Translations under genes and position numbers: made by a program
The notes under the pieces: model-generated
Databases searched by the model: none
Seen by the model: only the letters and a program-made list of their open reading frames with translations
Told to the model about the DNA's origin: nothing
Shown: in pieces, positions 12,801 through 22,453 of the stretch
Numbering within the stretch: the first letter of the stretch is position 1
Layout of the letters: the number at the start of each line of letters is the position of its first letter
Source: Cyanidioschyzon merolae
Taxonomy: Eukaryota
Direction: 5' to 3' (one strand)
Length of the DNA stretch: 64,000 nt
Assembly (NCBI GenBank): GCA_000091205.1
Contig: AP006501.2

Positions 12801-15443
12801 GACGCCAAGGAGGATACGGATCCATGGGGTTACACGGCTCGGTAGCTCGGGGAGGTGGCGCACGAGGGCCCCCACAGCTGCCGCTGCAACCAACAGGCGA
12901 CCGGTATTCTCTGTTTTGCAGCAACGAAGGATCGCGGATCGGACATTCAGACGCATGGCTGTGAGCCGCGCTGCCGCTTCTGGGTCCGTAACCTGCTCCC
13001 AAAGATCATCCCTAGTGCATGCCCCGAAAAGCGCTCCAAGATCTGCTGTTCGCGGTGTCTGTTCCGGAGCTAGCGCTGGTACCTGCGCCGGCTGCACCTG
13101 TCGCAGAGAACGAATTGTCTGCCAGAAGAGTGGATCCAGTTCAGCGTGCGCTTCCTCGTGCAGCGTATCCGTTGAGCGCTCCAAGAGTGCGAGCTGCGCC
13201 TCCACGGCAGTCAACAACCACGCCGGACATGTTTCCAGTGCGCGTCCAGTCAAGGCGAGGAAACGGCGCTGCGTCAATGAGGACGCTGCGGCGAGCGTTG
13301 CTAGCCAGCTTGCCAAGCCATGCCGCTCGCCTTCGAGACAGTGCGGGTGCATCCGGATGTAGCACGCGAGCGCTTCTGCGCTTTGAAGCTGCATTTCATA
13401 GCCAGCATCGTGACCAGAGGATACGGGTGCCACAGCTGTGCCCGGTAATGACCAATGCATTCGCTGGAAGAGTCGCTCGAGCAGCTTCTGCGCTTCGACC
13501 GGGGATCGAGCTTCTGCTGCTGCGCGCAGCAGGAGCACTTCAAGCGGGTGCCGGGAGCAGCCCAGCAATGCTTCTACCGGCTTTGTGCCGTCGACATTGT
13601 CAAGAAGAGACTTCTGGGGTACAGCTGCAGGTGTACCCGGCGCTGGCTGGATAATCACACCGGCATGCTGCGAAGCATCTGGGACTTGCTCCTGTGGAGT
13701 TTCCCGGTCATTCTCCACAAATGTGCACCGGGTATCGCAGAGCAGATACCAAAATTCGCGCAGCTTTCCACCGATCCCCGCATCAGTACCCGTTTCGAGC
13801 AGCCACGCTGCCCATATCGCTGAATAGAGTCCAGCCTCGTCGAGAGTGCGGCGAACTGGCGAAGCCTCGGGCAAGGCGCGCAAACCCTGCATCAGACAAC
13901 TGAGAGCAGCGCGACGTGTTTCTCCGTTGCGATGACGCAGGAGACGAAACACCCGAGCTGGACCCTCGCCCAGGATCGAGCAAGACGAAGGTCTGGCCCG
14001 CAGGAGCGCTTCGATGCAACGAACTAGAGCAGTCACACATGCACTGAGCTCATCAAAGGATCCGAGATTGTCCCAGCAAGCGCCCAAAATCTCTGTAAGA
14101 TGATTCGTGCTGCGCTCGATATCCAGTCGATGGATCTCTTCGGCAATCAATATGATAACCTCACATGCTGCTGCTATCACGTCATCGTCATCGGATTTCA
14201 GCACATCGAGGAGCACCGGCAACGTCTCTGGCAGCCGTTTCGCTCGCAGATCCGCCCGCACTGCAAGTAGATAGCGCATGCCGAGCAAACCGCCGTGCCG
14301 TGCCTGCCACTCCTCCTTATATCGGATCAATTCGAGCAAATGAGACTCTAACTGGGCAGCGGTTTCAGCGTCGAGGCCGACAGCCACCGAGCCGAGCGCC
14401 ATGGAGACAGTTTCTGGCACCGGTGCTACCACTTGATCGGAAGCGTAGTCGCGGAAGCGATCCATAGCCAGGAGCACGTACATGCGAGAAGCAATGTCCT
14501 CACGTTCTTCCATCGGTAGCCATTCACGAAAAGCTCTTACCGAGAGCATGTCTCGGGTTGCGACAGCTGCCCCGTGGCGCGTCTCCCAGTCGGGCGAGAG
14601 TAGCGAATCCGCCAGGATGCATACCAGTCGGTGAAGCGCTGCATCCAGCGTTACAGTGCCGAGGTCGTTTTCCGTTTCGAGCTCAATAGAACCCGCTTGG
14701 ACTGAAGTCTTTCTCGATGGGCGGTCAACGTCCTTGTCGCCGTTGTCGTCATCGCCGTCGTTCATATGTTCATGCGAGTCGGTGTGGACGGAGTCCAGAA
14801 CGTCCGCTTTGAGCGACGTTGGAGCTCGTGGTCGCTTGCATACGTTCGACTGCAGAGGTGCCGTCTTCCGCCGCTGAGGCACCCTCAATGCGTTTTTCGG
14901 AGTCGCTTGCTCTGTATTCTGCTTCCGTTCCGCAATATCTGCGAGACTGACGCCAATGTCCAGATCGATTGCGGTGGCAGCCACGCCCCCGAGGAGCTCT
15001 CGACGCAGCTCTACCCACTGCTCACGAACGTCGCCTGCCGCGACCATGTACTCGACTCCGCTTGATGAGGAAAACACTGAGCCCGTATCCATGAGGAATT
15101 TCGGGTCGAGTTGCCGCAGTGTGAGCAAGTTGTTTAACGCTTCGTCGTTGTCGAGGTTTGCCGGCGCCTGCAAACAGGTCTGCAGCCGTTGGACGACGAG
15201 TTTCAACGCCGATCCAGCACATATTCGAGCATCCCATACTTTCGAGTGCAAAACAACCCGCAACAGCTGGTTCAGAACGTGTACGGAGCCAGGATCTATG
15301 ATGAAAGCTGCATCCGAGGGTTGAGCGTCAACGAGTTCGGCGAGTTGCTGGGCCGCCAGTCGTCGGACGCTCGTACTGGTATCCTTTGCCTCCAGCAGAG
15401 CCAGTAGTCCATCAAGCCGACTCTGTTGTTTCTGGAGAAGCAT
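9801..15443 (-). CDS. BTAF1: TATA-binding-protein-associated factor BTAF1/Mot1 (SNF2-family ATPase with N-terminal HEAT repeats)
   Basis: About 1880 aa. The N-terminus '[38 protein letters not shown]' resembles the Mot1/BTAF1 N-terminus. SNF2 motifs: '[17 protein letters not shown]' (Walker A), '[10 protein letters not shown]' (DEGH), '[28 protein letters not shown]' and the helicase-C block '[48 protein letters not shown]'. The TTG at 15455 in the track was replaced by the ATG at 15441-15443. Confidence 0.9.
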   Translation of the reverse strand: [1880 protein letters not shown]

Positions 15444-16890
15444 CACACGGAACAAGCCTCAGGCTTGGCTTGCGGCAGTGTTCGGTAGCTTGGAATACGC
15501 GTCGTATCCGGTGGTACTGCGTCTCGCACACCGGCGCGCAGGTGTAACGTGCAGTAAACAGGAGTTGTACTGTGCGTCGACTGGTGCGGAGGCTGGGGGC
15601 GTCTCTCGGGGAAACCTGCTGAGGCCAGCAAAACTCTGCAGACGTACCCACGCCTGAATAGAATGGAAAGCCTTCTCTGACACTGGAGTACTCGTTATGG
15701 TATTGGTCTCTTCGCACTATCATCGACAAAAGGCTTTGCTAGCTTTCCGTGCGACGGCTTACTTTCCTTTTGTCTTACACGGGGCTTTCACGACGTCAGT
15801 CTCTTCTGTACCTCAGGATCCGTTCTCAATAGTCGAAGGATGCTAGCGGTAGGACTCACGTCCCGATGTCTCTGCTTGCGGCTGTTGTCGACGCATTTCC
15901 TGCCAGGGCCGATGTTGCGACCTACGCTCTGTTATCTATTTTTAGCTTCGCTGCAGAAAGACTCGATGCGCCCCTGGCGGCGTTTACACTTCGCTGCGGG
16001 AACATGTACCCGAGTTGTCCAAGCGTGCGCGCCTCATCCCGCTCTGAGCAGCACGCTTCGGCCCATGAAGGCTTGCTCCATCGCACGGTACGGTATGCTC
16101 CAGACGCGTACAAAGAATCCGTACCTCAGTTCACCCACCTGTTTCCGCGCCCAGTGCCGTCACGGTCGATCGTTGACTTCGTCTAGGCGAACGCCTCGGC
16201 GAGTACCCTGTCCGCTGTACTCGCAAGTGCATGCTGTCGCATTCGATAAAGGATTTGACGAGCGCTGTGTTGTCCATGATGAAACAGGAACCGGAAGCAG
16301 AATCCATGCTGGAGTAGAGATCCAGTGCGTACGATCCGTCCACGCTCCATTTGTGCTGATCGGTGGCATACGCTCTATATGAAGCGATGGCTGCAATGGC
16401 CAAAGTCCAAATCCATGAAGTTTTTCCATGGAAACAGAAGAGGCGGGAGTCTCAGGGAGCATGCTCCCCGCGTGAAACACACCATGCTGCTGTCGAATCA
16501 GGATTCATCGATGGCCTCAAGTAGAGAATCATTGATCTTTCGAAGGCAATCGCTCATTTGAAATGACAAGTTCAGGACACATTCGACAAGAGCTCGTGAC
16601 CCTCGCATCGTGATTTCATCGAAGCGCTTTGCCCTGAAAAGAGAAGATCGAAGATTTGAAACATACATGATTTGTACAGCCTACTCGTCAGGAACGTGGA
16701 AGCGTCCAGGCCTCTACGTATGACTCGGATCACGGGGTCGGTTGCCTACGAGAGCGTGTCCGAAGGCGTCGCGAATTGTCTTGATTCCGTTGACGTAACG
16801 AATTCCATCTGCAAAACGTCCAAGAAGGCACCCTTAAAAAATAAAGACTAGCAGCTGTCATGCGACCTATGCATCCGACAGCGCTCATAG

Positions 16891-19333
16891 CTATGCTTTG
16901 AATATCGCTGTTCTGAATATAAAAAACATGACATAAGATCGCAAGGTCCGAGCGACGCACGCAATTCTGTGCGTTAAGTTTATCTTGTAACAGGTGTTTT
17001 CGCGAGTCTGACCCCTCAATATCCATCGACGCGTTTGAGTGCACGACGACGACAGCGTGGATGTGTATACACCGACGTATAGACGCTTCTCAGTCTTTCT
17101 CGACTGGCCACCTACTACTGGGTTCAAGTTCTCCTTGTGCAATTTAGCCCTGTGAGGCTGCTTCTTAAAGTTGGTTCGCGTCAACCCCGGAGACCTGCTC
17201 TCCAGCATCGCACATCTCCTGATATCAAGAGCGGCGTTAAAGTCACGATACAAGAACTCTATGCGATTCTTGCCTCTGATGGAACGCACCAGTGCAGGTA
17301 GGCCTCGAACTCGTGCCCCGTTCATTGCCATTTGCTCTTGCGTCAGCGCTCCGTACTTTTCTGTATCCCCAGGGCTCCGCTGACACGTTTTCGTCTCGAC
17401 CCTCTGAAGTGTGCACCTCTGCTCATGGTGTCTATAGGACATTCGGAACTCATCTGTCGGTATTGTGACGAAACGCTTTGCGCATTCTTTATACGTTCTC
17501 GATGTTGGAGCGGGTGTACACCCGTTTTGGGTCATCTAGCGCCCTGCTCCGAATGCGACTGCGGACCTTTAACTCCTGTCCTCCTTCAAGGCGCTCAACG
17601 CATTGAAAAAGTCGGCAAATGCTCGCTGCTTCCCGCAGTGTGGATTCGTACGCGGACGAGCCCACCGGAGCTTGGTATACTCTCTTCACAGCGCCTCCCA
17701 ATGCGCTACGCGAACTTTCGTGAATTCCCGAAAACCTCGACTGTTCGCTCCGCGGCTCGTCGCCTCGCTCATAGCTACCAGGTGCTCTTTCATATCTGCA
17801 TTCCACGAATCGATTTGCTTCCTTGCATTCATGATTCCCCGATTCTCGATAGTATCTTGCTCTCGAGAACCTCTAAAAGTCGCATGTCTTTCTGACCTTA
17901 GTTACCGTCAGTACCATCTGCCGCACGCCTGGGTACTCCGATGGTTACGATATTCGTGTTGCCGGGGTCCGCGCCAACACCCATGTCGTTCTGCGTCGCA
18001 GGACCCGCCTCATTCTGTTCTTTATGTGCATTGCCGAGAGCGATATCGAGGACTGACCAGGACGATCCGCCTCCTTGAAGCGCCTAGAGTGTACATTTAT
18101 TGTTACCCCATCGGTTTCGATCATCCCCATGAATACAGTTTTCTTGCTCTTTTTGAGACGTTTGAAATCGAAGATGCTCTTCCAGTACGTCTCCCGGTTC
18201 TCGCCGTTGAACGCCTCCCTGCTTACATCGAGCTCCGGACTGATCTCCTTCATGATGCCGTGAAGGACTCTGGAGTTGATTGAGACAATGCGCGACTTGA
18301 TCTCGCATATCGGAACGAAGTTGAAGCGCTTCTCCAGAATCGCAGCCTGCCGTCTCTCGGACTCTTGAATTCTTCGCCTATCCAGCTCTTTTTCGGCCTT
18401 GCGCTCGATCTCTCGATTCAGAAACACAAGCTATCACAGGACTAGGGTAGTACATCTTTTACCATCTGTTTTCCATATCTGATACCGTTTCTGGTGGAAT
18501 CGCCAGCCCTAGAACCGCATGCTGCGTTTGAACAGCTCCACGGATCACGGAAGATTCATTCTCTCTCCTGCGTAATTTCTACTTGTCTACAAATTCGATC
18601 TCCTGCTCAAGCTGACTATCGTTCGTGATGCCATTGATGAAGTTCCATATCCCTTTGCGAGACAGGCACGAGTAAAGTGCAAAGATGGAGCGTATCGTGA
18701 AATGTTCGGGGATCATGATCACGTGGTTCCTCAGGTTCATTAGGTACTTCAACGCTTCGTAGGTGTAAACATTCGAGTTCCGCCCCCCAGATCGAGTGCC
18801 TTCGAAGCGGTACTTGGGGCATTTTTCGTGGAGGGCATCCACCAGCTCATTTCTCCTCGACGCTTGCCCTGTCCCAAGCATCACGTACCTTATAAAGGTC
18901 TTTTCAAAAAATTCTTCCGGAACCTCGACTGTTCTGATGTCTGCGACATCGCGATACATCTCCCGCACCATACGCATCAGTCCTAAAGAAGGCTTCCAAA
19001 TACTCATCCAGTAAGACGCGACACGGTTTCTGATGGATTTTCGCAACTTTTGCCTATAAGGATGCTGGGTACGGCGTAGGAGAAAGGCTATCATTACCAT
19101 CTCGTCGAACTGTCGTCTTTCGAGCAGCTTCTGACGTTGGGCCTCCCCCTTTTGCTTCTTCGTCTTTTCCCGTTGCTATGGTGTCGGAAATGTTTTTCGT
19201 TTCTTGCTCTGGCAGCCGGCGACACCGGCCATCCGGGGTCCTTCGGCTCCGTTGCCGTTAATTTCCTTTTTCTATTCTTGAAAGCGATCCCATTTCGACT
19301 GCGTCGGCTAAAATCGCGAAAAATCACTTGCAC
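16891..19333 (-). pseudogene. Fanzor/TnpB-like nuclease gene, copy A (frameshifted, with internal stops)
   Basis: ORF fragments 18579..19100, 17945..18427 and 16891..17535 are collinear with copy B. Matches include 'FLLRRTQHPYRQKLR' against '[15 protein letters not shown]', and '[30 protein letters not shown]' against '[30 protein letters not shown]'. The RuvC-I block reads '[11 protein letters not shown]' (about 17945-17990) and the C-terminal motif reads 'YRDFNAALDIRRC'. Frame 17536-17600 reads '[28 protein letters not shown]', with two stops where copy B has '[13 protein letters not shown]'. Confidence 0.65.
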
Positions 19334-19500
19334 AAACTCGCTTGAGGGTTGAAATACGATTCAGCCGAAAGACTATACTTTGCTGGGGGCTCAACGCAAA
19401 TACATGTTGTACGTTAGAGCAACCCGCTCAGATGAAGCATCGCGTTTCCCATCAACGGCGTGATACGCGTCGTCTCTCACGCATGCAAGATAGGGAAAAG
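16990..19500 (-). mobile_element. Fanzor-family element, copy A (degraded, about 2.5 kb)
   Basis: Reverse-complement nucleotide homology with copy B extends from about 29920 and 19478 at the left end to about 32705 and 16990 at the right end. Identity is about 70%, higher in motif blocks. No transposase ORF was recognised inside the element. Confidence 0.55.
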
Positions 19501-19599
19501 CGCGTATTGAGCGTGCTGTCTAGAACAAGGAACAGAAACGAACCACCAACTAGCAACGATGTACAAATTTCTTTCCCTCTTTACGATAAACGATAAAAG

Positions 19600-20170
19600 G
19601 GGGAAAGGTTTCCGCATTTTCGAAAGTTTCCTCTCTCGACGGAAGGTCCCGCGAGCCGAACGAGTCTGTCGAGCTTGCGCTCTGTGGGCACCCACCGTTG
19701 TCAGGTGCTGGGGCGAGACACGACCGCCTCCTCTGCCATAGAGTTCATTCTGGGAACAGCGGCGGTCATGCTGCAACTGGGCATCGCCCTGGTCGCAGTG
19801 GTCGCCTAGAATGTCGCTTCGCGCTGCCGCAGGCAGTAGGTCTATCAGCACAGTTTGCAGGCTCTCAGAACGATTATGAATACCGACTCCGTATCAGGTG
19901 CACCGTACATCGGTCCGATGCCCTATGCGATATAGCAGAGCTGTTCTCTATACCGTGCTGCATCGGATTCAGCGGTTTAGGCGCTACTGCGGGCGCTCAG
20001 GGCAGGCACTTGGTGCACGATAGATCCTATGAAATAACCAGTATATCCCAGAGGAAGAACAAGTAATGGAACTTGGAGGTAGGGTACAGTTTAATGGACG
20101 CGTTCCCGAACCCCATTATCCATCCCCACACTCTGGTACCCAGGTTCAATGGAAACATGGGGTCATCGGA
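19600..20170 (+). repeat. Repeat 'U', copy A (a 450-570 bp dispersed repeat flanking the Fanzor left end)
   Basis: Direct-orientation homology with 29440-29885. For example 'gtaatggaacttggaggtagggtacagtttaatggacgcgttcccgaacc...ggttcaatggaaacatgggg' matches 'gtaatctaacttggaggaaggtgcttcatcatggacgctttcccgaaagcc...ggtcaatggaaacgtcttg'. Confidence 0.5.
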
Positions 20171-20401
20171 AAGACCAGATCGTATGGAGTCCATCGGTGC
20201 AGGGTGGTGGTGGCGACGCTGCTGCCGCTGCCGTTCTTTGTGCGATCTGTGGATAGCATGCAACGAAAAACGCCGCCGCCCTCAGGCAGCACGGCATCTG
20301 AAAGCAGCACCAGGAACGGTTCAAAGCCTATAGTCTTATTGTTCACGTGGAAGGCGTAATCTTGAACTGTAACGCTGTTGCCAAACTGAAACACAGAGAC
20401 A

Positions 20402-22453
20402 ATGAACAGTTCACACGGAGACGCTATCGTTGACGAGGAAGCAGGCATGACTGCCGAGCACCTCAGTGAACACGTGAACGGGGACACGTACGTACCCTTT
20501 GACCCGCTCAAGTCCCATGTAGACGATGAGTTCTCCGAGTTTAGCATGGATGCAGGGCACGGCTCTTTCTTTGAAGGCCAACCATCCGAATCTAAAACCG
20601 CGGAGGACTCGCTTGTTCAGCAGCAAACCGTGTCCATGAACTGGCACGACTTGTGCTTGTCGGTCCGACTCAAAACAGGTGGCCCATTTAAACGCTCGAA
20701 GGAAACCGTGGTGAAGCCCATTCTCAAAGGCATAACTGGTTACGTGCGACCGGGTCAAATGCTCGCCATTATGGGGGGCAGTGGTGCGGGTAAGTCCACG
20801 CTTTTAGCCATGCTCGGGGGTCGTGTTCCTGTGGGTGAGTACGAAATCAGCGGTGAGCTACGTGTCAACGGGCACGAACGCGACGTCAACATGTTTCGCC
20901 GCTACACAGGATTTGTCGAGCAGGACGACCGCATGTTTGCTGACCTCACCGTACGTGAACAGATCGAGTTTAGTGCGCAGTGTCGTTTGCCAGCCTCGAT
21001 GCCCACCGAGAAGAAGATGCGGCGCGTGGAGCAGGTGATCACTGAGCTGGGCCTTGCCAAGGCCGCCGACACCCCCATCGGGAACGCTGTACAGCGAGGT
21101 GTCAGTGGCGGTGAACGCAAGCGCGTGAACATCGGTATAGAATTGGTGACGAACCCGCCACTACTGCTGCTGGATGAGCCGACCACCGGCCTGGACTCGT
21201 TCCAGGCACAGGCGGTGATGCTCACGATGTTGCGGCTAGCGAAACGCGGGCGTACGATCATTGCAACCATTCATCAACCACGTTCGCAGATCTTCCAGAT
21301 GTTTGATTACCTGTTGCTGCTAAGCGAGGGTCATCAAATCTACTTTGGTCCGGCGAAAGATATGGTGCCGTATTTCGCGGCGCTCAAGTATCCATGTCCG
21401 GCCTACTTTAACCCAGCGGACTTTGCACTGGATTTGATCTCTCTGAATGCGCGCTCCAAGACACTGGAGAAGCAGACACGGGCACGAATCAGTTACCTAG
21501 CCAATCGCTTCCTCGAACACAAGTCGGAGGCCTCGCTGCCGTTGGATGATCCGTTGGGCGCCACCGGTGACCTGCATACCAAAGTAACGCGTAAGGGCGT
21601 GTCGCTCTTCTCGTCCGAAGGCGAACCGAACTACGCTGAACCGTGGCCGGTACAGTTTGGGCTCCTGGTGAAGCGCTCCTTCAAACTCATGGTGCGCGAA
21701 AAGGGCACGAACTTTGCGCGCTTCTTTCAGACGATCATCTTTTCAGTCGTTTTGGGTTTGATCTGGTTGAACACTGGACGCAATTCCTCTGACTTTAACG
21801 CTGTACCCGGTGTTCTTTTCTTCCTGCTTATCAATCAATCTTTCGGGGCGTCGTTCGGCGTTGTTTTCTTGTTCCCGCTTGAGCGGGGTATTGTCTTGCG
21901 AGAGCGCACATCGCGTTTCTATCGCGTAAGTGCTTACTTCCTCGCCAAGAGCGTCGCCGAGCTTCCCCGATTGGTGGTGCTCGCTGTTCTTTTCTCTTGC
22001 ATCACGTACTGGATGGTAGGCTTGCAACCGCACCCGTCCTCTTTCTTCATCTTCGTTGCACTTGTGCTGTTGACGACCCACACCGCGGAATCACTGACCC
22101 TTATGGCTAGCGCCTCAGCGAGTAGCCCGCAAACAGCAGCGGCAATCGCTCCGGTACTGATCGTGCTGTCGCTGCTTTTCGGCGGCTTCTTTATCGGCCC
22201 TAACGTGATTCCCGTGTGGTTGCGATGGCTTCGTTTTGTGTCGTTTATCTACTATGGATTCGCGGCTGTCATGGACAATGAATTCGGGTACATTCCGCGT
22301 TCGAATACCAATAATCCACTGGTCACGTACAACATCAATTCATTTGGTATCGGCGGAAACATCGGTTTTCTAATCATGCTTGATGTAGCGTATCGCGCAA
22401 TCGCCTTTGTGTTCCTGCTCTATAACAAGCCGCGATTCCAGAAAAGCATCTGA
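20402..22453 (+). CDS. ABC transporter, ABCG (White) half-transporter
   Basis: 683 aa. Walker A 'GGSGAGKSTLL', Q-loop, ABC signature 'VSGGERKRVNIG', Walker B 'LLLLDEPTTGLDS', followed by a hydrophobic 6-TM ABC2 domain. This NBD-then-TMD order is typical of ABCG. Confidence 0.9.
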   Translation: MNSSHGDAIVDEEAGMTAEHLSEHVNGDTYVPFDPLKSHVDDEFSEFSMDAGHGSFFEGQPSESKTAEDSLVQQQTVSMNWHDLCLSVRLKTGGPFKRSKETVVKPILKGITGYVRPGQMLAIMGGSGAGKSTLLAMLGGRVPVGEYEISGELRVNGHERDVNMFRRYTGFVEQDDRMFADLTVREQIEFSAQCRLPASMPTEKKMRRVEQVITELGLAKAADTPIGNAVQRGVSGGERKRVNIGIELVTNPPLLLLDEPTTGLDSFQAQAVMLTMLRLAKRGRTIIATIHQPRSQIFQMFDYLLLLSEGHQIYFGPAKDMVPYFAALKYPCPAYFNPADFALDLISLNARSKTLEKQTRARISYLANRFLEHKSEASLPLDDPLGATGDLHTKVTRKGVSLFSSEGEPNYAEPWPVQFGLLVKRSFKLMVREKGTNFARFFQTIIFSVVLGLIWLNTGRNSSDFNAVPGVLFFLLINQSFGASFGVVFLFPLERGIVLRERTSRFYRVSAYFLAKSVAELPRLVVLAVLFSCITYWMVGLQPHPSSFFIFVALVLLTTHTAESLTLMASASASSPQTAAAIAPVLIVLSLLFGGFFIGPNVIPVWLRWLRFVSFIYYGFAAVMDNEFGYIPRSNTNNPLVTYNINSFGIGGNIGFLIMLDVAYRAIAFVFLLYNKPRFQKSI

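Noticed and set aside
10170-13654. Numerous 100-210 aa ORFs on the + strand inside the BTAF1 locus (for example 10170..10721, 10836..11417, 12916..13362, 13019..13654)
   Set aside because: They are antisense to a 1880-aa SNF2/HEAT protein with clear motifs. GC-rich coding DNA commonly yields long spurious antisense ORFs.
15840-16382. ORFs 15840..16382 and 15866..16186 (+ strand) between BTAF1 and Fanzor copy A
   Set aside because: They have no motifs and no ATG start, and lie in a probable promoter region. They are not supportable as genes.
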